The notes under the pieces are model-generated. The model was not told where the DNA came from. It was given only the letters and a program-made list of their open reading frames with translations, and ran no database searches. A DNA stretch of 64,000 nt from Nitrospinota bacterium (GTDB lineage Bacteria > Nitrospinota_A > UBA7883 > JACRGQ01): the NCBI GenBank assembly GCA_029881495.1, contig JAOUMJ010000002.1, forward strand, positions 2,087 through 66,086. Reading direction: 5' to 3'. Positions 9,535-19,003 of the stretch are shown here, in pieces. The translations under genes and the position numbers were made by a program. How positions within the stretch are numbered: the first letter of the stretch is position 1; each line of letters begins with the position of its first letter.

Positions 9535-10428
9535 CTACCCCCTTGGATGGGCTTTCGAATGTATTTTTGAAAGCCTTTCCCGGTTGATATGTGTATAGAT
9601 CTCCGTGGTCGTAAGCGTTGAATGTCCCAGCATGGACTGCACCGACCTAAGGTCGGCGCCTCTTTCCAGCAGATGAGTTGCAAAGGAATGGCGCAGTATG
9701 TGAGGCGATACGCCTCTCCTGATCTCTGCGGTAAGCGCATATTTTTTTAACATAAGCCAGAACGTCTGGCGCGTCATCGGTTTCCCAAGCCTCGAAAGGA
9801 AGAGGGCTTTAACGGGGCGTTTCCCCTTTTCGTATAGGGGCCTGCTTTCAAGCAGATACTTTTCCAGTTTTTCAATGCTTCTCTCGCCAATAGGGATAAG
9901 CCTCTCTTTAGAACCTTTGCCGGAAACCATTATATAGCCTGCCGACAGGTTCAGGTCGGAAGTATTTATCCCGACCAGTTCCGAAACCCGGATGCCTGTG
10001 GAGTAGATCAGCTCGAGCATGGCGGAATCCCTTATTCCTTCGGCTGTTGTTTCGTCGGGCTGCTCAAGCAACCTGTCGATCTCAGACAAGTTCAGAAATT
10101 TTGGGAGTCTTTTCGTGTTTACCGGGTGTTTCATGTTCCGGGTCGGGTCGTTCTCAAACCGGTTCCGGGCAACGCCATACCTGAAAAACATCCTGAGAGA
10201 GGAGAGTTTTCTTGAAATGGAGCGGGATGTGATGTTCTGTTTTCGCAGGAGGGTCATCCACGCTGTCACATCGTGCTGATCGATATTGCCGGAAACATCC
10301 TTTCCGGAGGTTTTCAGCGACTCGATAAAAGATTCCATATCCCGCCTGTACGCATCGACGGTATTTTCGGAAAGATTTCTTTCAACTGTAAGGTGTGTGA
10401 TCCATTCATCCAGAATGGGGAGCATCAA
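9535..10428 (-). CDS. xerD: tyrosine site-specific recombinase XerD/XerC family
   Basis: N-terminal SAM-like core-binding domain (LSENTVDAYRRDM). C-terminal catalytic R..HxxR..Y motifs (RHSFATHLLERGADLRSVQSMLGHSTLTTTEIYTHI). Confidence 0.88.
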   Translation of the reverse strand: MMLPILDEWITHLTVERNLSENTVDAYRRDMESFIESLKTSGKDVSGNIDQHDVTAWMTLLRKQNITSRSISRKLSSLRMFFRYGVARNRFENDPTRNMKHPVNTKRLPKFLNLSEIDRLLEQPDETTAEGIRDSAMLELIYSTGIRVSELVGINTSDLNLSAGYIMVSGKGSKERLIPIGERSIEKLEKYLLESRPLYEKGKRPVKALFLSRLGKPMTRQTFWLMLKKYALTAEIRRGVSPHILRHSFATHLLERGADLRSVQSMLGHSTLTTTEIYTHINRERLSKIHSKAHPRG

Positions 10429-11066
10429 GCGTATCCTTCCAGCTGCCGGAGAAACGGATTATGCTCCTTTTCTTCCCCAATGGTGGTGGTTTCACCATGT
10501 CCTGGGAACACGATCGTGTCATCCGGCAAAATGAAAAGTTTTTCCTTGATGGAAGCAAGAAGCTGCATGTGGTTCCCCCCGGTAAGGTCCGAGCGTCCGA
10601 TGGAGTTAAGAAACAGGGTATCTCCTGAAATCAGGAACCCATCACCATATATGCAAATCCCTCCAGGTGTATGACCGGGGGTATGTATTATTCTGATGCT
10701 GAAATCTTCGCACAGGTCGATTATTTCGCCGTCGGAAACGGTGGCGTCGTTTTTTGGGGCCTTCTTCACCCCCAGGTAGTCCGCGATATCCTGTTGTTCC
10801 TTGCTGGTCAGCATCCAGGCATCGTCCTCGTGGCAGAGGAAGGGTATGCTGAAGTGCCGAGCCACAGCTTCAACCCCGCCGGTGTGGTCGGAATGGCAGT
10901 GGGTATTGAGGACGAGCTTTGGGATCAGTTTCCTCTCTTCCATGAATTTGATGATCCTTGCCGCACTATCCCCAGGATCAATAACAATTGCCGACAGATG
11001 TTCATCGCAATAGAGAATGACGCAGTTCACGTCTATCGGACCGACGGTAATAACTTCAATTTTCAT
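10425..11066 (-). CDS. MBL-fold hydrolase, glyoxalase-II-like
   Basis: THCHSDHTGG metal motif. Start chosen at MKIEV with an AAGG RBS; the ORF track extends 14 codons further. Confidence 0.8.
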   Translation of the reverse strand: MKIEVITVGPIDVNCVILYCDEHLSAIVIDPGDSAARIIKFMEERKLIPKLVLNTHCHSDHTGGVEAVARHFSIPFLCHEDDAWMLTSKEQQDIADYLGVKKAPKNDATVSDGEIIDLCEDFSIRIIHTPGHTPGGICIYGDGFLISGDTLFLNSIGRSDLTGGNHMQLLASIKEKLFILPDDTIVFPGHGETTTIGEEKEHNPFLRQLEGYA

Positions 11067-11486
11067 AACCAGCCTTTTCTCTGAATAATTTCCGATATTG
11101 TACATCACTTGAATAGATTGAGCAGTTCCATTTATTAAATACTTTTACCTGAATTCAGTACAAGCGGACAAGCGGACAGGGTGATAAAATTTGGTGAGAG
11201 GGAAAGTATTTAGACCTGCCGGGGAGATGGAGGAGCAGGATATGTATGGCGGATCGCGATCTTCGGGTTTGTAACCCCGATATATCGCGTGCAGATGGTG
11301 CAAAATGGGCATTATGCCGAGTCATTTGCATCGCTTGTAGGCTCACGGTTGGAACAGATGGAAAAGAGCTGGAAAGATAAGTAAAATCCGGGCGTAAAAA
11401 ATCTGCTTTTTCCACTGGTTGCTTTAGGTTATTATATGTAAGTTAGAAAAAAGAACATTATCTTGAAATTTTAATAGGTGAGATTA

Positions 11487-12224
11487 ATGGGAAAAACTGC
11501 CTTAATAGTTGATGATGAGATGGAAGTGAGGCGTTGGGTCTCCAACCTGCTGACCACACAACTTGGCTTTGCAAAAACCATGGACGCTCCAAGCGGCGAA
11601 GCCGCGGTAGACCTTATAAAATCTGGCGAAAACTTTGACCTGATCTTCAGTTCGTGGGAGATGCCCAGGATGAAAGGGGATGAGCTCCTTGGCGAACTGA
11701 GGAAAATTCCTGAATCCCAGAATACGCCGTTCATCATGATGAGCTATAAAAAGGACAAGGATTCCCTTGTGAAAGCTATTCAGGCGGGAGTCAATAACTA
11801 CCTTGTAAAACCTCTCTCTGCCGGCATTTTCATGCAAAAGGTGAAAAAAACAATAAGCGACATGGAGAAGAAGGAGCTCGATTCCTTTAAAACAAAACGG
11901 AAGAATCCGGTTGATATTATTCTTGGCGATGATTTTTCCCATCCGGCCTCACTGCACAGCGTGACAAAATCAGGGTGTGTCGTTAGAGCGCCGTTGATAA
12001 AAGGGGGAGAAGTGGGGATTTACAGCCAGGTACATCTGGCAATATTCATGGATGGGATCCCTTTTAAGGTCCCTTCTGAGCTGGTAGCGCTGGAGGCGGA
12101 CAGGGTGGATTCATCAACAAGGCATTTTATAATGGTCACATTCAAATTTGGCGAACACGACCTGAAAATAGACGGAAAGATCGACAGGCTGATAAACAGC
12201 TTTTCTGCGGCAAATCAAAAATAA
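11487..12224 (+). CDS. response regulator with C-terminal PilZ-like domain (REC-PilZ)
   Basis: Receiver motifs LIVDDE..DLIFSSWEMPRMKG..MMSYK..NNYLVKP. C-terminal about 100 aa beta-rich domain consistent with PilZ. AGGTGA RBS 6 nt upstream of the ATG at 11487. Confidence 0.7.
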   Translation: MGKTALIVDDEMEVRRWVSNLLTTQLGFAKTMDAPSGEAAVDLIKSGENFDLIFSSWEMPRMKGDELLGELRKIPESQNTPFIMMSYKKDKDSLVKAIQAGVNNYLVKPLSAGIFMQKVKKTISDMEKKELDSFKTKRKNPVDIILGDDFSHPASLHSVTKSGCVVRAPLIKGGEVGIYSQVHLAIFMDGIPFKVPSELVALEADRVDSSTRHFIMVTFKFGEHDLKIDGKIDRLINSFSAANQK

Positions 12225-12307
12225 CAGATACTGAAGAGTCTCCCCGTTTCCGCTAAACCAAAAAGAATCCCCCTTTTTATTCGCTGAGCCAGTTTTAAAA
12301 AGCCTTT

Positions 12308-12607
12308 TTAACCCCCTTCGGCGACTTTAATTATGGTCCTTTCGATTTCAAGCCTGTTCTCTTCGGTAACAGGGCAGACGATATGGAACTTCTGTGCTCC
12401 GGCTCCCCCAAAGGTCAGGTCAAATCCGCTTCTGGTAGTGGTGGAGATCTTCATCCTGTTCCGGCCATGGGAGTTGTTGTTTATTACATCCGGGACTATC
12501 AGCGAGATGAAAGGGAGTTTTTGAAGCTGTTCAACGTATGGCAAAGCTTCCTTGAGGATATGGTGCCTGGTCTTTACCTTGTTTACCCGATATGTATGTT
12601 TTTTCAA
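12308..12607 (-). CDS. hypothetical protein (99 aa) downstream of ddl
   Basis: Clean ORF co-directional with ddl and separated by 14 nt. No recognisable family. Confidence 0.4.
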   Translation of the reverse strand: MKKHTYRVNKVKTRHHILKEALPYVEQLQKLPFISLIVPDVINNNSHGRNRMKISTTTRSGFDLTFGGAGAQKFHIVCPVTEENRLEIERTIIKVAEGG

Positions 12608-12621
12608 GGCGTCAGGCGAAA

Positions 12622-13794
12622 TCAGTGAGCCGATTTTTTCAGGTACTCCGTCACCGCTGAAAAGCCCGAAGTACGGCGGAGCATTTTTTTTCTTCTGAAA
12701 GTCGCTTCGGCATAGCCGACAAGTTTTTCAGTAAGTTTCGGGAAAGGGATACCGCTGGCTTCCCAAAGATAGAACGAGAGCGAGCCAGGGATGGAATTCA
12801 GCTCGGTCACCGTAAGCTCTCCATTACGCCCAAGGAGGAAATCAACACGGCAACAGCCGCTGCAGTCAAGCTCCCTGAAAGTGTTTTTCGCGATATCTTT
12901 TATCTTTTTCTCAGTCTCCGCAGGGATATCTGCCGGTATCGTTCTGGCTACGTTCGACATCCCTCCCTGTCCCTTTTTCCCCCCTTTGAGGTACTTCTGT
13001 TCGTAATCGAGGAATCCCTTGCTGTAAACCTCCTCGCAAACAGAGGTGATTATCTCGGTATCGTCTCCAATAACGGCGCAATTTATCTCTCTCGGCTCCT
13101 CGACACCTTCCTCAACTATTATCTTGCGGTCGTATCGGCACGCTTCATCCAGCGCAACGGAGAGAAACTCCTCGGAGTTCACGCGTGATATTCCAACGGA
13201 CGAGCCGGATGACGCAGGCTTTACGAACACGGGGAATTTGAAATTCCCGATGATCTCCTGCTTTATCCTGTCATGGCTCTTCTCGATATCGGCCTTTAGG
13301 TAATAGCGGTATTTCACTATCGGGACGCCCGCGGATTGAAGGATACGCTTTTGAAGCACCTTGTCCATTCCCACGGCACTGCCCGCTATTCCAGCGCCTA
13401 CGTATGGGAGGTCGGCAAGCTCCAGCAACCCTTGCAGGGAGCCGTCTTCCCCTCCAACTCCGTGGATGAGAGGAAAGGCAACATCGATATTCAGTTTTTT
13501 GTCCTGGAACTTTTGAAGAAATCCCGCGTCACCATGCCTTGCAGGGTAGGGGGGGATATACATCCTGTTGAATTTTGCGATATCGCTCTTTTTGCCGGTG
13601 AATATTTCTCCATATCTTGTTACGTCCTTCAGCCTGTCGTCGCATACCCAATCGCCGTCCTGTGTAATGTAGATCGGTATAGGATCGAACTTGGAAGTAT
13701 CGAAATTTTTAAATACCTGATGGAATGTGATTATGGATATTTCGTGTTCGGTAGAAGATCCTCCGAATATCAGTCCAACGCGTTTTTTTGACAT
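12622..13794 (-). CDS. ddl: D-alanine--D-alanine ligase family ATP-grasp enzyme (long form)
   Basis: Ddl N-domain GLIFGGSSTEHEIS. HGVGGEDGSLQGLLELADLPYVGAGIAGSAVGMDK. ATP-grasp C-domain. Confidence 0.8.
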   Translation of the reverse strand: MSKKRVGLIFGGSSTEHEISIITFHQVFKNFDTSKFDPIPIYITQDGDWVCDDRLKDVTRYGEIFTGKKSDIAKFNRMYIPPYPARHGDAGFLQKFQDKKLNIDVAFPLIHGVGGEDGSLQGLLELADLPYVGAGIAGSAVGMDKVLQKRILQSAGVPIVKYRYYLKADIEKSHDRIKQEIIGNFKFPVFVKPASSGSSVGISRVNSEEFLSVALDEACRYDRKIIVEEGVEEPREINCAVIGDDTEIITSVCEEVYSKGFLDYEQKYLKGGKKGQGGMSNVARTIPADIPAETEKKIKDIAKNTFRELDCSGCCRVDFLLGRNGELTVTELNSIPGSLSFYLWEASGIPFPKLTEKLVGYAEATFRRKKMLRRTSGFSAVTEYLKKSAH

Positions 13795-13881
13795 AGTGGT
13801 TAAATATACATTCTTTTACGTATTAATCAAACGGGTGGTTCAAATGATTTTATTGTCGGCGTCCAATAAGAGGTATAGAAT

Positions 13882-14271
13882 GTGCCGATGGAACTCAAGT
13901 TTATCAGCGCAAAGGATGCCCCCAAGGCTATTGGACCTTATTCACAGGCGGTCAAGGCCGGAAATACCATTTATCTGGCAGGCCAGATCCCTCTGGACCC
14001 CGCCACGATGGAACTCGTACCGGGGGGGATAAAAGAGCAGACAAAGAGGGTTCTGGACAACCTTGAAGCTGTGCTAAAGGAGGCTGGAGCCGGTTTCGGG
14101 AACGTCGTCAGGTCTACCGTATATATGAAGGACCTTTCGATGTTTGCCGATATGAACATGGTTTATGAATCAATGTTCAAGGACCACAAGCCTGCAAGAG
14201 TTACCATCCAGGTGGCGGGATTGCCGAAAGAGGCGCTTGTCGAGATAGAGGCCGTGGCGGTAATCGGCTGA
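13882..14271 (+). CDS. ridA: RidA/YjgF family reactive-intermediate deaminase
   Basis: PKAIGPYSQAV..IYLAGQIPLDP..EIEAVA signature. AAGAGG RBS 8 nt before a GTG start at 13882. Confidence 0.88.
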   Translation: MPMELKFISAKDAPKAIGPYSQAVKAGNTIYLAGQIPLDPATMELVPGGIKEQTKRVLDNLEAVLKEAGAGFGNVVRSTVYMKDLSMFADMNMVYESMFKDHKPARVTIQVAGLPKEALVEIEAVAVIG

Positions 14272-14316
14272 TTCGAATAAATCCCTTCTTGCAGGAAAGG
14301 TTGGGCGGAGGGGAGA

Positions 14317-14922
14317 TTACTTGTCCGGTTTTCTGAGTGTCTCCTTGTCCTGTCTGCTTTTCTGGTGCGTGGATTTCTGATGCGCAGTTTTTACCTGTTT
14401 TCCGGCATCGGGCCTGTTTGTTTTTGCCTTGCTGTCCCGGATGATGAATTTCTGGTCGATCCCGTAGAAGTAATCGGCGGAATCTATCATTATCTGTGAG
14501 CAGGTCTCAGGATAGCTCCAGACCTCGGCCTTGCACCCCCTCGATTTGATGTACCAGATAAGGGGAAGATAATCCTTGTCCCCACCGACGATGACAACTA
14601 CGTCGAGTTTTTCCGCCATTGTTACGGCATCGATTATCAGCCATGCGTCGACGTTCTTTACCGGCTGCTTTATCTCGCCTCCCTGTTCATGCCAGAACTT
14701 CTTGAAATCATCGGTTATATCCTTGTGCTGAGGCTTGTAATAGATGATCCTGGTTATCTGCCGTATTCCGCCTATCGCTTCGATAAGCTTTTTATAGTCG
14801 GTACGTCCGTTGTGGATAGTGTAACCGGACATTTCAACATTCTCAGCGTCTATGAAAATGCCGATTTTCTGGTTGATAAGGAATTTCCCTACTGTCGACT
14901 GCTCTTTTTGATACGTTACCAT
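14317..14922 (-). CDS. NYN-domain (LabA-like) protein
   Basis: IGIFIDAENV..VVIVGGDKDYLPLI pattern of LabA/NYN nucleases. Basic, Lys/Gln-rich C-terminal tail. Confidence 0.7.
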   Translation of the reverse strand: MVTYQKEQSTVGKFLINQKIGIFIDAENVEMSGYTIHNGRTDYKKLIEAIGGIRQITRIIYYKPQHKDITDDFKKFWHEQGGEIKQPVKNVDAWLIIDAVTMAEKLDVVVIVGGDKDYLPLIWYIKSRGCKAEVWSYPETCSQIMIDSADYFYGIDQKFIIRDSKAKTNRPDAGKQVKTAHQKSTHQKSRQDKETLRKPDK

Positions 14923-15269
14923 CCGTGAATATTATCACGGCCTACGAAAATAAAACAAAAAATCACTCAAAATTTGTGTCATTTATTTTCTACCAACAAA
15001 ATTTGTAGCTAGTCAGGCGACTATTGATCTTCTTCATGACTAACTGCATGATATATAAGGAGATAAGCGGAAATAAATAAACGGCACAATGATTGCTCTA
15101 TAAGTAGTCAAGCGGGTAATGCCGCTAAAGTTCGGATGGCGGGGTTCCGTCCGTTAAAAAGCCCTGAACGCCTCCAACGTTTAGAACGGGTACGGAATTT
15201 CCGAAAAAGTTTATCCCCAATAAACGCCCCCCGCCCCGAACTTTGTTTTCACTTCCAGATTCCCGGTAT

Positions 15270-15506
15270 CTATGTTGTCTTGCGGTATCCGCCTTCGCCG
15301 TCGCGCACAAACTTTGAAAACCCTTTATCCTTGAGATTGGAGTTGGAAAGGTGATTTTTCCCATGTGAGAAGGGGGAGAGGATTCGAATTACCCGATCTT
15401 GGCATACGGGGCAGAAATCAAGAGGTTTTTCAGCTAGAGTAATGAATTCAAATGGATCCCTGCATTTTGTAGTTTTATCGACATGTTTATATTCAAATAT
15501 CGGCAT
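15270..15506 (-). CDS. FmdB-like zinc-ribbon protein
   Basis: MPIFEYKH...CPVCQ arrangement typical of FmdB-family putative regulatory zinc ribbons. Confidence 0.55.
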   Translation of the reverse strand: MPIFEYKHVDKTTKCRDPFEFITLAEKPLDFCPVCQDRVIRILSPFSHGKNHLSNSNLKDKGFSKFVRDGEGGYRKTT

Positions 15507-15640
15507 CTTTTTACCTTTCAGGCTGTATTCTATATGTATTAATTTGGAAAAAATTAAAAAAGATCATTTTTTAGCTAAACTTTTACAAATTTGTGCCGAA
15601 AGGACTATTAGGATAGTTTTTTTTAAAGAGGACAGGTGTT

Positions 15641-15865
15641 ATGCAAGTAGATATTAAGAGGCCGGGAACAGGAAGTATTAAACCTCCATCACAGAGCAGC
15701 GGTATAAATCCTGGAAAGGCGGCGGGGCGATTGAAATCGATGGCTTCCAATGTGCTCAGGAGCTCGAAGCAGGTCGAATCGCACGTTGCGCAGGAGACGC
15801 AGAAGAATGTTCAGGCCGGCAAAAATCCGAAAACTATAAAAGGCGGTATTGATCTAAAGGCTTAG
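15641..15865 (+). CDS. hypothetical small basic protein (74 aa)
   Basis: ORF preceded by AAAGAGGA RBS. No homology recognised. Confidence 0.35.
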   Translation: MQVDIKRPGTGSIKPPSQSSGINPGKAAGRLKSMASNVLRSSKQVESHVAQETQKNVQAGKNPKTIKGGIDLKA

Positions 15866-15954
15866 TCCTTTCCGCCCGTTTCAGGATTTTTGCACGCTAC
15901 GAATCGCGGATGCCGTGCGCGCATCCCCAAGACAGGAAGAGAGGCTTGCTCCCT

Positions 15955-16126
15955 ACGCCCCCCCCAAAAAAATATGGGAGGGATCTAACCCCAGAAAATA
16001 AGGCCCGGTATGTAAGGTGTGACCATATTCTTGTGATAGGGGAGTATCCTTATGGCGAAACCGTGAAGCCCCGCGCTGTCGCAAGGTATCGGCCCTTTGA
16101 AATGGTAGCTCCCTTTCTCGATTTCC
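15955..16126. repeat. left copy of a roughly 170-bp direct repeat; a displaced duplicate of the glgP 3' end (46 codons plus stop-proximal sequence)
   Basis: Near-identical (2-3 mismatches) to 19374-19542. On the minus strand it encodes EIEKGSYHFKGPIPCDSAGLHGFAIRILPYHKNMVTPYIPGLIFWG*. Begins with a C8-A7 homopolymer pair. Confidence 0.9.
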
Positions 16127-16470
16127 AGGAAGCTCTTGTAAAGCGCCAACAGGCATGGGGGACGTATCGGCTCCATGATCCCTCTGGCGCTTGAAGTGCG
16201 CGCTCACGACATGTTTTTAGGCTGTATTCCGAAAAAATCCAATTGCATATTTTAATTACAATTTTATGAAAATAAACTCATATTTACAGGTAATTAAATA
16301 AATACAAAGCTCTCCATCGTAATAAAAATATGCCGTTTTATTTATTTTGTTTGCTACCAGAAATAGGTATATTAATATAATATCGTGCCTATATTAATAC
16401 AGATGTAATGCGTAGTTAATTTATGTGTGACATTTGAGCTAATCAGTTCATTTTAATTTGGGGGTATTTT

Positions 16471-18951
16471 ATGGCGCAAAGAAAGGTTTCCGTTCTCTTC
16501 TCTTCACTCAGGACATTACTGCTCTTTTTTTCTCTTATCCCGTTATTAACGGCTTGTCCAGCCCCTACGGGAGAACCTGTACTGACATCATTGGTCATAT
16601 CGGGTGATTCAGCGATAAATGAAAACAGCAGTGCCACATATACGGCCATGGCGGAGTATGATGACGGCAGTTCCAAGGTTGTCAACGCGTACTGGTCGGA
16701 GGACAGCTCAGACGCTTCCGTGGATACCAGCGGAAAGGTAACAACAACAGAGGTGTCGGCTGACACACTTTTCACCTTGAGGGCCGAATTTGATACAAAG
16801 ACCGCTACCAAGGCGATTACCATTAAGGATGTATTAAATACGACTGACACCACCACTGACACCACGACTGACACCACGACTGACACCACGACTGACACGA
16901 CCACTGACACGACCACTGACACGACCACTGACACGACCACTGACACAGGTACTGGCACCGCCATTCCTTCTGTGACATCGGTTACAATAAACGATGGGGT
17001 CGCTTCGACAATTTCGGCTACCGTTAATGTGTCTATAGATGCTACGGATGACGTTGGTGTTACAGGCTACTTCCTCTCTGAATCAGCCACAACACCGGCG
17101 CTTGCCGATTTCATAGACGCTACATCCGCGGCAACTTTTAACGTCTCGACAACATTTACGCTTAGCGCGACATTTGGCACAAAGACGATTTATGTATGGG
17201 TAAGAGATGCGGCGGGGAATATTTCAGCTTCTGCTTCCGATTCCATAGGCCTTAATAAATTCTATTCAGATACATCTATTTCCATCCCTGATTATGACAA
17301 CGTCAACTGGAATCCCGGTGTTGCGACATCGACGATCAATATATCTGGAGCAACGTTTGTTACCAATGTAAGGGTAGGCGTCGATATCTCCCATGTCGAT
17401 GATCAGGACTTGGAAATAAATTTGATAAGCCCTTCGGGTCGTAGGGTAACTCTTTTCAATTACAGCCCATGGGAAAACCAGGCCACAAACCCTGGCAATA
17501 ATTTGACCTCGGCTGTTTTCGATGACTTTGCGAGCCAGGAAATCTTAAAGTCAACGGGGCCTTTCAGCGGATCGTATCGACCCGTCGGCTACCTCGCGTC
17601 ATTAGTTGGTGAAAGCATTAATGGGAACTGGCAGCTGGAGGTAAATGATTGGGGAGTAGATAACATCGGAACCATAAACGGCTGGAGCCTGGAGTTTGAA
17701 ACCGCCGCCACCGCGACTGTTCCGGTTCCTCCTGCTCCATTTATTTCTTGGAGGTTTTTAGAAAGTCAAGGTACGCCTTCCATGTACTGGCATCAGCTAA
17801 ATAACAGCCTGGAAACCGTAACGACAAATATATATATCGGCACTGCTCCTGGCGTTACTCCGGTTCCGACAAGTACGCCCGATATTTTAAAAATGGCGCC
17901 TGATTATAGCGGGGCCAATTGGTTCAGTCATACCTTCGCCGCCAGCGCTACGACATATTACTATGTGCTGACTTTTGAAACTGCCGCTGGTGAGAGCCTC
18001 CCGTCCGAAGAGTTCCAAATTACAACACCGGATTCAGGGTTAGGAACGCAAACACTGTTGACAAGCGATTACGCGGGTACCGGCGCGATCACCGGCTGGC
18101 TCGGTACAGGAACCTGGGGTACTACCAGCTCGACGGTAAACGCAGGTTCGACATCGTTTACCGATAGCCCGGCAGGGAACTACGCGCCTAATACTAATTA
18201 CTTCCTGACATCCACAACAGGCGTTGATATTTCAGGTTATACAAATCCGGTACTCTCCTTTGCCCACAAATATGATTTTGGTATTTGGACAAACGACACT
18301 GGATTTGTAGAAATTTCTACTGATGCCGGCGTAACGTGGAACCAGTTGGCAGCCTATAACTCCTATGACGGATCGGTGACAGCATGGACGCCAGAAGCGC
18401 TTTCGTTGGCATCTTATGCAGGTGCCCCTTCACTCAGGGTACGATTCAGGTTGTTTATTATGGATAACGGCGTTGCAAACACCTTTGATGGCTGGTATCT
18501 GGACGATATCGCGATCATAGACGTTCCTCCTTCTGGCGTCTATAACTCAACTGGGGCAGTGGCAATTTCAGATAATTCAACTGTGACTTCCACAATAACT
18601 GTTGCGGATACCGGGACAGTTGCCAGTGTCAAGGTATATGTGAATATAACTCATACATGGTCATCTGATATGACAATTGTTCTTATAAGTCCTAGTGGAA
18701 CCAGTCTAATACTGGCTGATGGGCTGGGGTCGATTGATTCTTTTGTCGATACGATCTTTGATGATTCCGCAACCTTGGACATCAATACCGCAGGTGATCC
18801 GTATACAGGCTCGCATAGAGCGGCTTCAATGCTTTCAAACTTAAACGGAGAAACCATAAATGGAACATGGACTCTTGAAGTGACAGATAGCGTGAACGGT
18901 GATGTAGGTACAATAAACAGCTGGTATGTCGAGATTGTTCCTGCTCCTTGA
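16471..18951 (+). CDS. surface lipoprotein with Big-like domains, a (TTDT)n linker and two proprotein-convertase P-domains but no peptidase domain
   Basis: Lipoprotein signal ...LLTAC. Two P-domain blocks: VGVDISHVDDQDLEINLISPSGRRVTLF...INGNWQLEVNDWGVDNIGTINGWSLEFE and VKVYVNITHTWSSDMTIVLISPSGTSLIL...INGTWTLEVTDSVNGDVGTINSWYVEI. No S8 Asp-His-Ser motifs. Confidence 0.8.
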   Translation: MAQRKVSVLFSSLRTLLLFFSLIPLLTACPAPTGEPVLTSLVISGDSAINENSSATYTAMAEYDDGSSKVVNAYWSEDSSDASVDTSGKVTTTEVSADTLFTLRAEFDTKTATKAITIKDVLNTTDTTTDTTTDTTTDTTTDTTTDTTTDTTTDTTTDTGTGTAIPSVTSVTINDGVASTISATVNVSIDATDDVGVTGYFLSESATTPALADFIDATSAATFNVSTTFTLSATFGTKTIYVWVRDAAGNISASASDSIGLNKFYSDTSISIPDYDNVNWNPGVATSTINISGATFVTNVRVGVDISHVDDQDLEINLISPSGRRVTLFNYSPWENQATNPGNNLTSAVFDDFASQEILKSTGPFSGSYRPVGYLASLVGESINGNWQLEVNDWGVDNIGTINGWSLEFETAATATVPVPPAPFISWRFLESQGTPSMYWHQLNNSLETVTTNIYIGTAPGVTPVPTSTPDILKMAPDYSGANWFSHTFAASATTYYYVLTFETAAGESLPSEEFQITTPDSGLGTQTLLTSDYAGTGAITGWLGTGTWGTTSSTVNAGSTSFTDSPAGNYAPNTNYFLTSTTGVDISGYTNPVLSFAHKYDFGIWTNDTGFVEISTDAGVTWNQLAAYNSYDGSVTAWTPEALSLASYAGAPSLRVRFRLFIMDNGVANTFDGWYLDDIAIIDVPPSGVYNSTGAVAISDNSTVTSTITVADTGTVASVKVYVNITHTWSSDMTIVLISPSGTSLILADGLGSIDSFVDTIFDDSATLDINTAGDPYTGSHRAASMLSNLNGETINGTWTLEVTDSVNGDVGTINSWYVEIVPAP
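16841..16948 (+). repeat. about 9 tandem copies of a 12-bp unit (actgacaccacg / actgacacgacc) encoding (TTDT)n inside the lipoprotein gene
   Basis: Read directly in the sequence. The unit is in frame, so copy-number change alters linker length, not reading frame. Confidence 0.9.
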
Positions 18952-18969
18952 CGAGTAATTCAAATGTCA

Positions 18970-19003
18970 GTCGCCATCGGCCCGATTCTGGGCCGATGGT
19001 GAC
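18970..19003 (+). terminator. putative intrinsic terminator after the lipoprotein gene
   Basis: 14-bp stem gtcgccatcggccc/gggccgatggtgac with loop gattct, followed by gtttaat and a T-rich stretch. Confidence 0.45.

Noticed and set aside
9535-10428. Considered whether the tyrosine recombinase is the integrase of the 16-19 kb insertion
   Set aside because: It lies 5.5 kb outside the left repeat and is separated from it by housekeeping genes (ddl, ridA). It has the XerD/XerC-type N-terminal core-binding domain and length, so the chromosome-dimer-resolution role is more likely.
14923-15640. Searched for a tRNA or ncRNA in the spacer between the NYN gene and the small ORF; a T-loop-like ggattcgaat was noticed
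   Set aside because: The motif lies inside the FmdB-like coding sequence, and no complementary acceptor or T stems could be formed. No tRNA is supported anywhere in the window by eye.
15953-16207. 84-aa minus-strand ORF 15953..16207 and 98-aa ORF 19204..19500
   Set aside because: Alternative-frame readings of the two copies of the 170-bp repeat. The in-frame glgP-tail reading (15985..16176) is the meaningful one, and even that is a displaced gene fragment, not a functional gene.
16443-16964. 173-aa minus-strand ORF beginning (VVVS)n
   Set aside because: Antisense artefact of the 12-bp (TTDT)n microsatellite inside the lipoprotein gene.
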